Part shown: positions 14,001-25,708 of the stretch, piece after piece
Layout: every line of letters starts with the position of its first letter
How positions within the stretch are numbered: position 1 is the first letter of the stretch
NCBI GenBank assembly: GCA_951406725.2
Contig: OX597830.1
Span: forward strand, 37,200,001-37,264,000
DNA length: 64,000 bases
Origin: Octopus vulgaris
Lineage: Eukaryota
Direction of reading: 5' to 3'
Program-made: the position numbers and the translations under genes
Notes under the pieces: generated by a model
What the model saw: the letters and a program-made list of their open reading frames with translations, nothing else
The model's database searches: none
Told to the model about the DNA's origin: nothing

Positions 14001-14048
14001 AAACAAGTCAAAATAGAAAATGCTAAAATAATCTTATAAAGAACATTT

Positions 14049-14086
14049 CAGTACCGGTTTCGGTCATTTTGAGACCTTTTCAACTG
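14049..14086 (-). ncRNA. Minimal type I hammerhead ribozyme with U3-A8 core variant
   Basis: Minus strand reads CAG UUGAAAA GGUC ucaaaau GACC GAAA CCGG UA/ CUG. Confidence 0.7.
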
Positions 14087-14437
14087 TAACGATTAAATAA
14101 TTAAATTTAGAAAAATTAGAAGAAAAGTTTTTTTAAAGGAATATTTGTATAGTGTTCAAATATAAGTGGCATTCTGCCTTTCTCTGTCTCCCTTGTTTGC
14201 ACTTGTGTGTTCGAGGTCGTTGTGAATTCTTGGTAGGGTAGAAGAAGAAGAAGGTTGATGAGGAGAGGGGGTGGAAAAATTTGGGAGTGCCTTGATGGTC
14301 GTATTTTGAATGGTCAATGGCGGCTAGCAGTTGCAGTTCAATCCAGGAGAATATTTCTATTGAAAGGTTTGTTTATGGAATTTGCGTAGGTGTTATACTA
14401 AAAGGCATTAGTGATAAAGTTAAGAAGTAGAAGGTGG

Positions 14438-14650
14438 AGAAGAAGAAGAAGAAGAAGAAGAAGAAGAAGAAGAAGAAGAAGATGACGATGTTGATGATGA
14501 TGATGATGAAGAAGAAGAAGAAGAAGAAGAAGAAGAAGAAGAAGGAGAAGGAGAAGAAGAAGATGATGATGATGGTGATGATGATGACGACGATGATGAT
14601 GATAATAGTGATGATGATGAAGAAGAAGAGGAAGAAGAAGAAAAAAGAGA
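14438..14650. repeat. (GAA)n/(GAT)n compound trinucleotide microsatellite
   Basis: Read directly. Confidence 0.95.
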
Positions 14651-14847
14651 AGGGATAATATGAATGGGTGAAAGTAGTGAGGTGTTGTATGACTTGAAGT
14701 TGGCATGTTATGGATTATAGCTGTGATTGGGGCTGATTTGTAATGGATTCTTTGGAATGTAATATTTGTGTGTGTATTTCTTTTATTCTAAAGTATATTA
14801 ATCGTTTGTCGTAGACCCGTTAAGAAGTGGCCTGTATTTTGTAATAA

Positions 14848-14900
<53 letters not shown>

Positions 14901-14949
14901 CGTATATGTATATGTATGTATGTATATATAATTATACACATACATACAT

Positions 14950-15000
<51 letters not shown>

Positions 15001-15469
15001 TGTTCTGTATGTGGAACAGTAAGAGTGTGATTGCTGGCCCTTACTTGTAAAACCCACATTAGAAAAATAGATAGAATATTTATTTTGTGTCGTCTTTTGT
15101 AATTGCTCCGTAAATCAAATTTAAAATTGTCTTGGCTAGTATGTAACGTAATTTACCTATTTCTATCACATGATTCATCGTCGTTTTTGGCACTTCTCTG
15201 TAGCTGTCATCAGAATTTGTTTCTCACTTCTTTTAGGTTTTTGATAGCTCTCCTTTTTGTATGTAAAATGAGTTAAATCTCCCTTTTAAACGATAATACT
15301 TGAAACACACCACACTGTGTAATATAGCTGCCCACTATAAACAATTAAAAGTAACACATCTATTGTGTTGTTTTCAGTCCTTTTCAGTTCTGGAAGTAAA
15401 TGGATCTAAGTGGATGTAAAGGTTAAATCCCTTTTAATTTCAATGTTTTAAAATAAGTTTAGATTAGTC

Positions 15470-15790
15470 CCATACGAGACAGTGCAGTGCATGCTGTATA
15501 AATTCCGGAGAAACACTTCAGCAAAGGAAGTGGCAGGAAATATTTGTTCTATCAATGGAAATGAAGCTTTGCGTACCAACGATGGTTTCCTAAGCCCCGC
15601 TTGTAATCTATTTTCTCTCACAAATTCCCCTCGATCTAGACGAACAAATTCTGTTAATTTTTAGCTTCGGGAAACCGTGCTTGAAGAAAATCCATATCAA
15701 ACTGTGCGTGAGTTTAACAAAACAGATGAATTCAAGTCACACTTCGCTCATAGACTTGGAAAAATGCCTAAAGTTGATCAGTGTGTCCTT
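15470..15790 (+). pseudogene. Mariner transposase N-terminal remnant
   Basis: MLYKFRRNTSAKEVAGNICSINGNEAL, SPRSRR, LEENPYQTVREF and LGKMPKVDQCV parallel the element at 57999-59021. Confidence 0.75.
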
Positions 15791-18114
15791 ATCTGTTGCT
15801 CTATCCCGTTGATGCAATTTTACAGCCTTGCTAGACATTGTGTCACTTATATTCGACCCGAGAATTATGCCAGGATATTCCTGGACCGCCTTAACTACAC
15901 TTTGATTGTGAGGCATTTAATTTCCTGTTAACGCAAATAAAACAATTATTCTACAAATCTAGAGATTTCTCTTCTTATTTCAGGCAGCCACAAAGCCTAA
16001 TCCACTATACATTTGTAGGAATGAGCATTACGTGTTATAAACAAATGATTTACTTATAGGCAAATCTCATAGCAGTGAATTGAATTTATTGAACATACAC
16101 TTTAAACAGATAGATCGGGAACGTTCGGAGGCCATTGCTTTTATTATTCATAGTCGCAGAATATATAGTAGGTTACAACTGTTAATAATTCGTAGGATAA
16201 CTAGACATTCTGTCAAATTTACCTGTTGAAACTCCATTGAAATGGTAAAACTATGCAACTATAACGCGTTAACATTAACTCATTGCTGTGATCATAGTCT
16301 TTATTACGTTAAGCGTGTCACCGACATTATATCATCATTATATTACTATATTACATTTCCTCGTTTCTATGCATCAGATATGTCTTGTACATTTGGAGCT
16401 GGTATGGTCTTATTAATGGCATAAACAGATGTTCTAATGGGAGTCATGGAACATCAATTAGTGTTACGGACTCATTGTAATAGCTGTTCATAATGTTGGA
16501 AGTAAATGAAAATAGAAATACCACAAGTATAAAACATCATTCTTGCTCCAAATAGAAGGGAAATATCCAAGCAACGTCCATGTAAAAGCGGAGAGACCAG
16601 TAAAAATATATCGGGTATTAGAAATAGCTTAAAATATTCTACAAAAATACTGCTGATGTTAAATGATGTATCAATGTCTGTCTATAGGTGTATTGGACAA
16701 CAATACTTGATAAGGTCACGAGTGGATTTGAACTGAAACCATCCCATCGGATGTTTCGCTTCAGTAACCTTCACTAATTGGAGATATACAAACCTCATTA
16801 CAGCGAATGTATGTTCTCCTTTGGAATAAAAATATTTTGTCATTGAGATATAGTACTCGAAAATATATACACTTAAGTATGATTAAGTCACGGCTTTTTG
16901 AATTTGTAATATGCTTAAATAGTTTTAGGTTTCACTGAAGTGGTAAATAAATATAAGTAGCAAAATGATTTGGTGAGAGGTGTTGGAAATAAAGAACACA
17001 TAAACACTGGCAATACGTTATTGATTTCCTAGAATATATAAACGAAATAAAGATTGTTTTTATACAATAGCATTTTACAAATAGGCTAAAACTCTCCACC
17101 AATAAGCATATATGTTTTAGCTTTCTGAGTGTACTACAATTTTTCAAATAAGCTTATGCTTCTGAAATTCAAAACAAAAAAGCTAATATAGCAAGAACAA
17201 TAAAAATGATGAACAATGTTAGATGAAAGAATATTTGTTAGAAACTAGAGTAGAAATTTGAACTTAAGTCAAATCAAATTTATGGTTACATTGATCTACT
17301 GAATAGCTTCAGCATAAAATTGCTCTTAGACAAAACAGACTGTCTTATCCGATAAAAGAAAGAAACAAATATTGCCTTTGTTTAACATGCAAGTAAATAT
17401 TTAATACAACAAAGAAGGGAAAACAAAATAAACGATGCACAGACAGTAATAGCAACAAATTCATGGAAAGCAATCAAGAATTGCTTTCAGAGCTCAGCGT
17501 AGATTTAATGCATAGAGGAAAATCAACATAATACAATGAAGAAACTGCCGTGACTTTTATCATTTGTAATCATTTTATTTCAAGGAATTCAAGTTGTGAG
17601 ACGTATACGTCGGTTTGTTTGAATCCACTTATAATACATGTAAATGTATGTTTGTGCACGAGTGTATATCTGTGTGTGAGCGTATACCTATGTATAGATG
17701 CACATATATATACATACATGCATGCATAAACAGACACACACAGACACACACATATATAATCTTTTTAGATGTTTTCTGTATCAATCAGGGAGAGTGGTCG
17801 CTCTCTCTACCCTCTTCATAAAGGAGAATAGAAAATATATACTAAGTAAACAACGTTTTTCAAGATACTCGTTTCTTTAATAGGTGTACACAGACAACTA
17901 TTTCCTACATTCCTAGATGTAAACAGTGATTCAAAGAAAGTGCATCTGAATAAGATGTTACCAATGGCCTCTCTGGTGCATTGATATATTGACATTAACT
18001 GTGAAACGTTGTACCAGATTCTTTCACATTCATAGTGAAAACTCAAAATGTTTTAAAAAATTTATTGAAACAAATCATACATGTTCTATATTCCATAGGA
18101 AAATGAAACTAAAT

Positions 18115-18736
18115 TTTCATATTTCAACGTAAGTACCGGAGGCGTCATTCAGTTTCTTTAAAAAGCCAGGGATTGAATGAACAACCTTCTGAAGGATGTC
18201 GTCTAGGATAACACTGAGTACCTCGTGAATCCGTGTCTACACACACCTCCAGTGTGTGAGGTTTTATCTTGGACAGCACCTTATTTCTTTACTGCCCACA
18301 AGGGGCTACACACAGAGGGGACAAAAAAGGATTGACAAACGGATTAAGTCGATTATATCGACACCAGTGCGTAACTGGTACTTATTTAATCGACCCCGAA
18401 AAGATGAATGGCATGGCAAAGTCAACCTCGGCGGAATTTGGACTCAAAACGTAGCGGCAGACGAAATACCCATTTCTTTACTACCCACAAGGGGCTAAAC
18501 ACAGAGTGGACAAACAATGGAATTCCACACTTCGTAGCGTGCTGCTGCTATCTTAGCTCGGCCCTAACAGTCAAGCGACCGGCCACCGCGGAAATAAGAA
18601 ATAAGGAGTGTATCATTAAAAAAAGATAGAAACCCCCATTAGTGTTGTCTATTTGAAAAAAGTTTTCGTCATGACTTCAGGGTACTAAAAGTTCTATAAG
18701 CAATTTCTAATGCCTAGGTATTTTCTACCCATTCTG
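18115..18736 (-). mobile_element. Internally deleted Tc1/mariner-superfamily element (rosa/maT-like)
   Basis: Terminus reads TA|CAGAATGGGTAGAAA; N-terminal AGRLTV..RAKIAAARYEVWNS; C-terminal KIKPHTLE..ILDDILQKVVHSIPGFLKKLNDASGTYVEI*; interrupted by a SINE. Confidence 0.6.
18281..18520 (-). mobile_element. MetaSINE (tail type 2) joined to a second tail copy
   Basis: Matches 4036-4270; the tail restarts at about 18471 (catttctttactacccacaagggg). Confidence 0.85.
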
Positions 18737-18763
18737 TATATATACATACATGCACACACACAC

Positions 18764-19115
<352 letters not shown>

Positions 19116-19393
19116 GAAAATGGAGGAACAGATTCCTTTCAATCATCAACTTACAGATAATACCAATTCATATGATATATGAATATAGTGGCATTATTTG
19201 TTACATTATTTGTTGAATTAATGTGCTTGCATCTTCCATAGGCATCTGTCTATATATTATGTTATACTATATTATATATGTAATATACAATATATTATAT
19301 TATATTACACTATATTATATTATACTATATTTTATGTGGTATTTTCCATCTACTATGTATTGTGAATAGCAGAATGCACATATTCTATTATTG

Positions 19394-19446
<53 letters not shown>

Positions 19447-19524
19447 TAGTTTTATTTTTATTTTTATAGCGTGCATTCACTTCACTACCGAGCGCAGCTC
19501 TGTGTGCCTTGGGTATGTGCTGTG

Positions 19525-19637
<113 letters not shown>

Positions 19638-19887
19638 TTAATAGTTTTGGTAATTTAATATAATGAACTTTGGACTTTGTATATGTACCCATTGATGTGG
19701 AGGTATATGTATACTCCAGTATATATATATTTGATTATGTGTATGTATATTATTATATATATACTTATATATATATGTATGTATATATGTATATACACTT
19801 ATATATATATATATATATATTCTTGTGTATGTGTATTTTGTTTCATATTTATATTTGCATTTTATATTTTTATAATTGTACTTTATA

Positions 19888-20015
19888 ATCTCTGACGAGG
19901 CCTTGAGATATATATATATAAGTAACTCACTTTTAAATGCATATTACCTTAATACATATGACTAATATAGGCACAATGAGATACCTTTATCTACAGACTG
20001 AAACAGCTGTAAGAT
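19888..20015 (+). ncRNA. Type I hammerhead ribozyme with long stem II
   Basis: AUCU CUGACGA GGCC-uugagaua...uaucuaca-GACU GAAA CAGCUG UA/ AGAU. Confidence 0.65.
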
Positions 20016-20027
20016 CCATTTTATATG

Positions 20028-20360
20028 TTGATTGATTGATTGATTGATTCTAGTTTCAGCTTATGAGCTGTGGCCATGCTGGGGCACCGCCATTTGGTGT
20101 TGCTACTTGGTTTCACTTCACGAAAGCTTTCTAGCAACTGCCATTTGGTGCATGAGAGAGTTCGATGCAGCTGCCCTCATCTGCCCCTCCTGCCGTGAAG
20201 TTGGTTCATCTGGGACACCTGACAGGAAGAGATCCAGCTTCATTTTAAAGACATCTGCATCCACCCCATGCAGATCTCTCAGGTTCTTCGGGAGGATATT
20301 GAAGAGCTGTGGGCCTCGGAAGCCCAGGCTATCACAGAATCTTGTCCTACATCTTGATGT
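20028..20360 (-). mobile_element. 5'-truncated CR1-type LINE 3' end with (ATCA)n tail
   Basis: Open peptide SLGFRGPQLFNILPKNLRDLHGVDADVFKMKLDLFLSGVPDEP..RAAASNSL, then a short 3' UTR and (AATC)n. Confidence 0.88.
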
Positions 20361-20541
20361 ATCATTTTTATGGTATTATCTTACTTATTGATGTATATTG
20401 TTTTAATCTGTTGGATTTGGATGTTCCTATTTAAGTAGTTAATAAATAATATGAATTGGTATTATCTGGAAGTTGATGATTGAAAGGAATATGTTCCCGT
20501 ATCTCACTTTGTACTTATATATATATATATATATATATTTA

Positions 20542-20655
20542 AGAGTGTCTGGGTGGTAAGAAGCTCGCTTCCCACCACATGGCTGCGGGTTCAGTCACTG
20601 CTTGATACCTTCGGCAAGTGTCTTCTGGTAGACGGTAACTGGAAGAAGCTCGTCG

Positions 20656-20711
<56 letters not shown>

Positions 20712-21050
20712 GTGTGTAGAAAGTAAGTAGGCATTAAAAATTGCTTATAGAATGTTTAGTACACTCAAGACATGACGAAAACATTTTTCAAATAGGCAAC
20801 ACTAATGAGGATTTCTATTTTATAATGTGATATATTTATATTTTTGAATGTTTAATGCAGATATTTGTGTATGCTTATGTTTGTGCCCCCACTATCACTT
20901 GACAACTGATGTTGGTATGTTTACGTCCCCGTAACATTAGCGGTTAGGCAAAAGAGTTCGCTAGAATTAGTCCAGGGATAGATTTCTTCGACTAAAAGGT
21001 GGTACTTCAGCATAGCCACTGCCAAAATTATTGAAATAATTAAAAGAACA
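20542..21050 (+). mobile_element. Degraded CORE-type SINE (family B) with an insertion in its internal TA array
   Basis: Head and tail align with 34095-34500. Confidence 0.8.
20708..20830 (+). mobile_element. Tc1/mariner terminal fragment, same family as 18610-18736
   Basis: TA|CAGAGTGTGTAGAAA...; reverse-complement match to 18610-18736. Confidence 0.7.
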
Positions 21051-21071
21051 AGAGAATTGCCCTCTGTCTAA

Positions 21072-21123
<52 letters not shown>

Positions 21124-21128
<5 letters not shown>

Positions 21129-21446
21129 CTATTTAGAAATAGTCATTTTGCCGGTTTATCCAATAAAAACACACGCACTATATATTTGGTGTGAATTTGC
21201 TTTAGTTTTATTTTCTTTCTGGCTGAAAAAATGGCTGACCGTTAGTAAGGAGAGATGCACAAATAAGAAAGAAAAAGCAAACGACTACTGATGAGGTCAC
21301 AGAAGTGTGACGAAAGAACTCTGTCCGAAATAAGATTAAGATTAATGTAAAAAATAAATAAAGCTGAAGCAAATTAACACCAAATATGTAGTGCGTGTGT
21401 TTTTATTGGCTAAACTGGCAAAATGACCCTTCCTAAATACAACAAC
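21124..21446. mobile_element. Foldback Penelope-like pLTR with a degenerate hammerhead
   Basis: About 90-bp inverted arms (21124-21213 and 21351-21446); CTGATGA-G-GTCAC..GTGAC-GAAA at 21288-21315; between TA arrays. Confidence 0.65.
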
Positions 21447-21486
21447 ATCTGTTTCAACTCACGATTTCATATCAAGAATCTTGCAA

Positions 21487-21548
<62 letters not shown>

Positions 21549-21584
21549 TTGAGTTGTGGGGTATCGCACGAGTGGGATTATATA

Positions 21585-21653
21585 AGAAAAAAGGTTTGAA
21601 AATGCAATTTAAACGATGTTTATCGTTTAAATTGCATTTTCAAACCTTTTTTC

Positions 21654-21654
<1 letters not shown>
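21585..21654. repeat. Perfect 33-bp-arm hairpin with 4-nt loop
   Basis: 21585-21617 is the exact reverse complement of 21622-21654. Confidence 0.95.
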
Positions 21655-21684
<30 letters not shown>

Positions 21685-21755
21685 CTATTTAGAAATAGTC
21701 ATTTTGCCGGTTTAGCCAATAAAAACACACGTACTATATATTTGGTGTGAATTTA

Positions 21756-22438
21756 TGAAACGCCGAAACGCCAACAGCACGAAAACGGTGAATAAGCTTC
21801 AACAAATTAGTAATGCAATACTAGAGTATTGCATTCCAGTAAAGAATAGCCCGTGAGGGAAAAATACACAAAGTAGTAAATATATGGCACGACGAAGTAC
21901 CGATATTTACTGGAAATAGCGAACGTCGTGCCATATATTTACTACTTTGTGTATTTTTCCCTCACGGGCTATTCTTTACTGGAAAGCAATACTCTAGCAT
22001 TGCATTACTAATTTGTTGAAGCTTCTTCACCGTTTTCGTGCTGTTGGCGTTTCGGCGTTTCAGTCGAGTGTAATGGTATTAATGTGGTAACATCTGAGAT
22101 TTTGCCATGGTATATGCTTGGCTGATGAAGATAGAACAAGATTATGGGTGGCAGACATATCTTGTAAAATCTGAAACCTGCAGGTCCCACATTATTATTT
22201 TCCAGGTATTTCATCTTTCAGATGTTTTCCCTGGAGGTAAGACAATTTTTTCTAGTTTGTTGCACACACGCATTTTTGCTAATACATACGCGGTGAAGCT
22301 ATACATTAGCGTCGTATTATTACGTTCGCTATTTCCAGTAAATATCGGTACTTCGTCGTGCCATATATTTACTACTTTGTGTATTTTTCCCTCACGGGCT
22401 ATTCTTTACTGGAAAGCAATACTCTAGTATTGCATTAC

Positions 22439-22443
<5 letters not shown>
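21756..22443 (+). mobile_element. Retrozyme-like / Penelope pLTR-derived element: 430-nt unit with a 90-nt direct repeat and a 5' inverted segment
   Basis: 21924-22013 repeats at 22354-22443; 21756-21894 and 21924-22062 form a 139-bp hairpin; one hammerhead; ends in (TA)n. Confidence 0.75.
22119..22189 (+). ncRNA. Canonical-core type I hammerhead ribozyme
   Basis: UGG CUGAUGA AGAU-aga-ACAAGAU..AUCUUGU-aaa-AUCU GAAA CCUGCAGG UC/ CCA; predicted cleavage after 22186. Confidence 0.82.
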
Positions 22444-22490
<47 letters not shown>

Positions 22491-23214
22491 TGCATACAAA
22501 AAAGTGTGTATGACAAAACGGAATACGGATTCTTTTGAAGTATTGAAATGTGTCAGACAGGGAAATATTCTTTAGTATCAAAGGAACAGAAGTTGTGAAA
22601 TTAAATCTTCATACTGTTACTATTTCAAATAAGGTCGATGGCAATAGAGAGATTAATATAACAGAAAAGTCTTCGCTAAATCTCTAGTAGCGAAACTGAA
22701 CTTGATTCATAAGCACCGGAAACAGGATATTTTATGACGGTCAAAGCAAAGATCAATCAAAACGTTTTTCATCCCTTATAACCCATGGGGCGGAAACATA
22801 GATAATTAATAAAACTAATCTGTAAAGAATAAAAACTTCGGAAATGTGTTACAAAGAAAAGGGAAAACAATTCTCTGAGTTTCTTGGACGGATGTGCGAA
22901 CGAACAAAAGAATTTCACAAGTATTTGTAGAAAGGAAATCAATATGTAATCATAATTATACATCTCACAACTCAAGGTTTATCAAATGAAAATCTTGAGA
23001 GAAAAATTCGCATGTTATTTATAGAGGCAAATAAAGAAAGTTGACCACGACGAAAATGGACCTATAAAATATAAGTTTGAATGAACTAAATAATTTGGTT
23101 TGAGACTAAACTGATTAGAAACAATACACAGTTTATAGTAACATGTGCACAGATTTTTTGTCGTCAGTATAACTAGTAAGTATAGCTGTTTGTTTAACCG
23201 ATGGCATGTTCGAA

Positions 23215-23495
23215 AGAACCCAGATAATCAGCAGCGACCCTCAAGGCAATTCCCTTGACGCACTTCACTCAACGTTATTCCCTTCTTGTAGAGGGTCTGG
23301 CTTCTGTCTATTAAGCAGTCATGTAACAACTTTTAATTTCTTGACTACGCCGAGACTCCATAGCTTGTGAAATATCCGGCCATCATCAACCTTATCAACG
23401 GCTTTTACAAGTTCAAGATGCATCACATCCACGTTTGTTCAATTCATTAGTTGTTTCAACACCCAGTCTTAATGCCCAGGAACTGTGTAAGGCAT
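23215..23495 (-). pseudogene. CR1-type reverse transcriptase remnant
   Basis: CLTQFL..DWVLKQLMN*TNVDVMHLELVKAVDKVD resembles YLDFAKAFDKVD; SEVRQG resembles SGVPQG. Confidence 0.78.
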
Positions 23496-24100
23496 TTTTT
23501 CATGACAATAGACTAAAAAAAAAAAAACAATCGTATAAGAAAACTTATCGAGAATGTGCACACTTTTTTATAAAACTATATTTGGTTTTTCTGGGAAACC
23601 GTTGTTTTAAATGAACTACCTAATATATCTTCACATACATCTCGCAAGCTATACATACTCACACATGCACACATACACACTCGTGCGTGCACACACAGAG
23701 AATAGAGAGAGGAAAGAGAGAAGGAGGAAAAAAGCACGTGAGAAAGAACAAGAGAGAAAGGGAGATAAACAGAGGGAGAGAGGGAGAGATGAAGTTGTAT
23801 TTGAATTTGGGTATCAGTAAGCAATGATTCCTAAATTAACTGAGATAGATACGTGTATAGCAACTTCAAAGAGAAAGATAAGATCAGAGAGAAAAGAAAC
23901 AAGAGGATGGGTGTGAGATATAAAGAGGAAAGCAGTTAGAAAACAGTGCAAGATGGGATAAGTAGACAGTTATGTAATTAAAGTGGCGCAGAAATTTGGT
24001 ATAAGTAGCGTAAAAATATAATGTAGTAATATATAAAGTAATTACTAATATCAATAAACATTATGTGTGTGTATACATACATACATACACACACACACAC

Positions 24101-24138
<38 letters not shown>

Positions 24139-25414
24139 TACACACATATTTACGCACACACACACGCATTATATATATATATATATACATATATACACAT
24201 ATATTTACGCACACACACACAAACACACACGTATATATATAGATAGATTGATTTAGATAGGTAGATACATTGGAATGAAGAACAAAAGAATGTTTGTTTG
24301 GATTTACGATTCTAATAAAATTTTATCTCAGCTCTACATTATTTGGTTTCTTGTGCGTAGGCCATGTCCAAGCCACCAGATAGCTGAAGAATGGGAAGAG
24401 TGAATTTAGCATATATTTTAAATATATTCGTCGTGTTTAGTCGTTCCTTTGGTCAGTTCAGCTACACGTATTTATGTAACTATACGTGATGTACGATGTC
24501 AGGTCACGCTTTTCGTTATTAGCAGCAGCAACAATGTCCACGTAGCATTTAAGAATAATTTATTCAGCTTGTAGAGTTATGTTTAACTCCTAGTTATACA
24601 TATACTTTACTGATGCATGTTCTCAACCAATACGTGAAGTCCTATGTTTTCAGGGATATCTATCCAGCCCAGGGAGTCATAACAATAAAGATCCTATAAA
24701 TATATAATGGCGGGTAAATGTGTGTATGGCAAATTACTAACTATACAAACAGTACATTCAAGTGTAAATATTCTAATACAAAATCGTTGTTGATTTATCT
24801 GTTACTTTATCTTACAACACTTGCAAACTATTTGTTTAGTAAACATTTGAAACTTTTTGTCACTTCTTCATCTCATTTAATCGTTATATATATATATAAT
24901 TCAAAATTAAAAACAAAACAGTATTTCCTGTATTTCTTTGTACCGAAACATATATACAATTATTTATCTAACAGCAATTCAGGAAGTAGACTTTTAAGAA
25001 TTCAATAATGTATATACTTATACACATAACTTTCATGTTTCTCCGAAGAAATATCGATTTTATTTCTTTATTCTGTTTAACATTGTAAATTAAGAATAAA
25101 TGAAATTTTTAGTGGATATACAGCTTCCATTCACATCGACATTGTAGCATTAACACACTGTTTATTTGAATGGATAGAGTGCAACTGATCGTAATGTTAT
25201 TCGCTCAGCACAGTTCACTTACTGCTAAAAATATATCTCTATACATTTCGCCCAGATACGCCAAATATATTATATTGCGGATACTAGTAGTAGTATTATT
25301 AATGCTCTAAAGCAATTTTATGAAATTCATGAGGAATTAGGGTTTTGGTAAATTTTAATAGAAATATCTCCTTTACAACACGCAAAGAAAAGTACACTTT
25401 AATACTTACCATTC

Positions 25415-25604
25415 ATATATCGTTAGCCACTACACACATGTTTTCTCTCCTTGTTTGTCTCCTTGTTTTCTCTGTCCCTTTCTGTAGAAGAGCATAGGCT
25501 CGTAACGTAAAATACTTTTTTCTATTCCTGAGCGTTATATTAATACATCTGTTTGTTTTGTACACGACCTGTCTTCGTCTTTTGTTTTTTTCGTAAACTC
25601 TCCC

Positions 25605-25605
<1 letters not shown>
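25415..25605 (+). mobile_element. Short Penelope-like pLTR repeat (family P) next to (TA)n
   Basis: Similar to 48290-48480, 53545-53670 and 59380-59535; decayed hammerhead CTGTAGA-A-GAGC..GCTC-GTAACGTA. Confidence 0.7.
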
Positions 25606-25675
<70 letters not shown>

Positions 25676-25708
25676 TACACATATACGTAAATAGTATATA
25701 GACGTATA

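Larger units (their letters stand above)
13997..14830 (-). mobile_element. Penelope-like element 3' fragment (GIY-YIG remnant plus pLTR) between (TA)n arrays
   Basis: Degenerate GSTTND..RIKE and LRKFHKQTFQ*KYSPGLN; hammerhead in the terminal repeat; pLTR is related to 38685-39178; interrupted by (GAA/GAT)n. Confidence 0.6.
13660..16790. repeat. 154-bp inverted repeat pair (13660-13813 and 16637-16790)
   Basis: Ungapped reverse-complement alignment with about 11 mismatches. Confidence 0.95.

Noticed and set aside
14398-14706. Poly-His/Leu and poly-Lys/Met ORFs
   Set aside because: Translations of the (GAA/GAT)n microsatellite.
15180-15215. Isolated CTGATGA/CTGAAGA motifs (also 27437, 44680)
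   Set aside because: No supporting stems or correctly placed GAAA, so not called as hammerheads.
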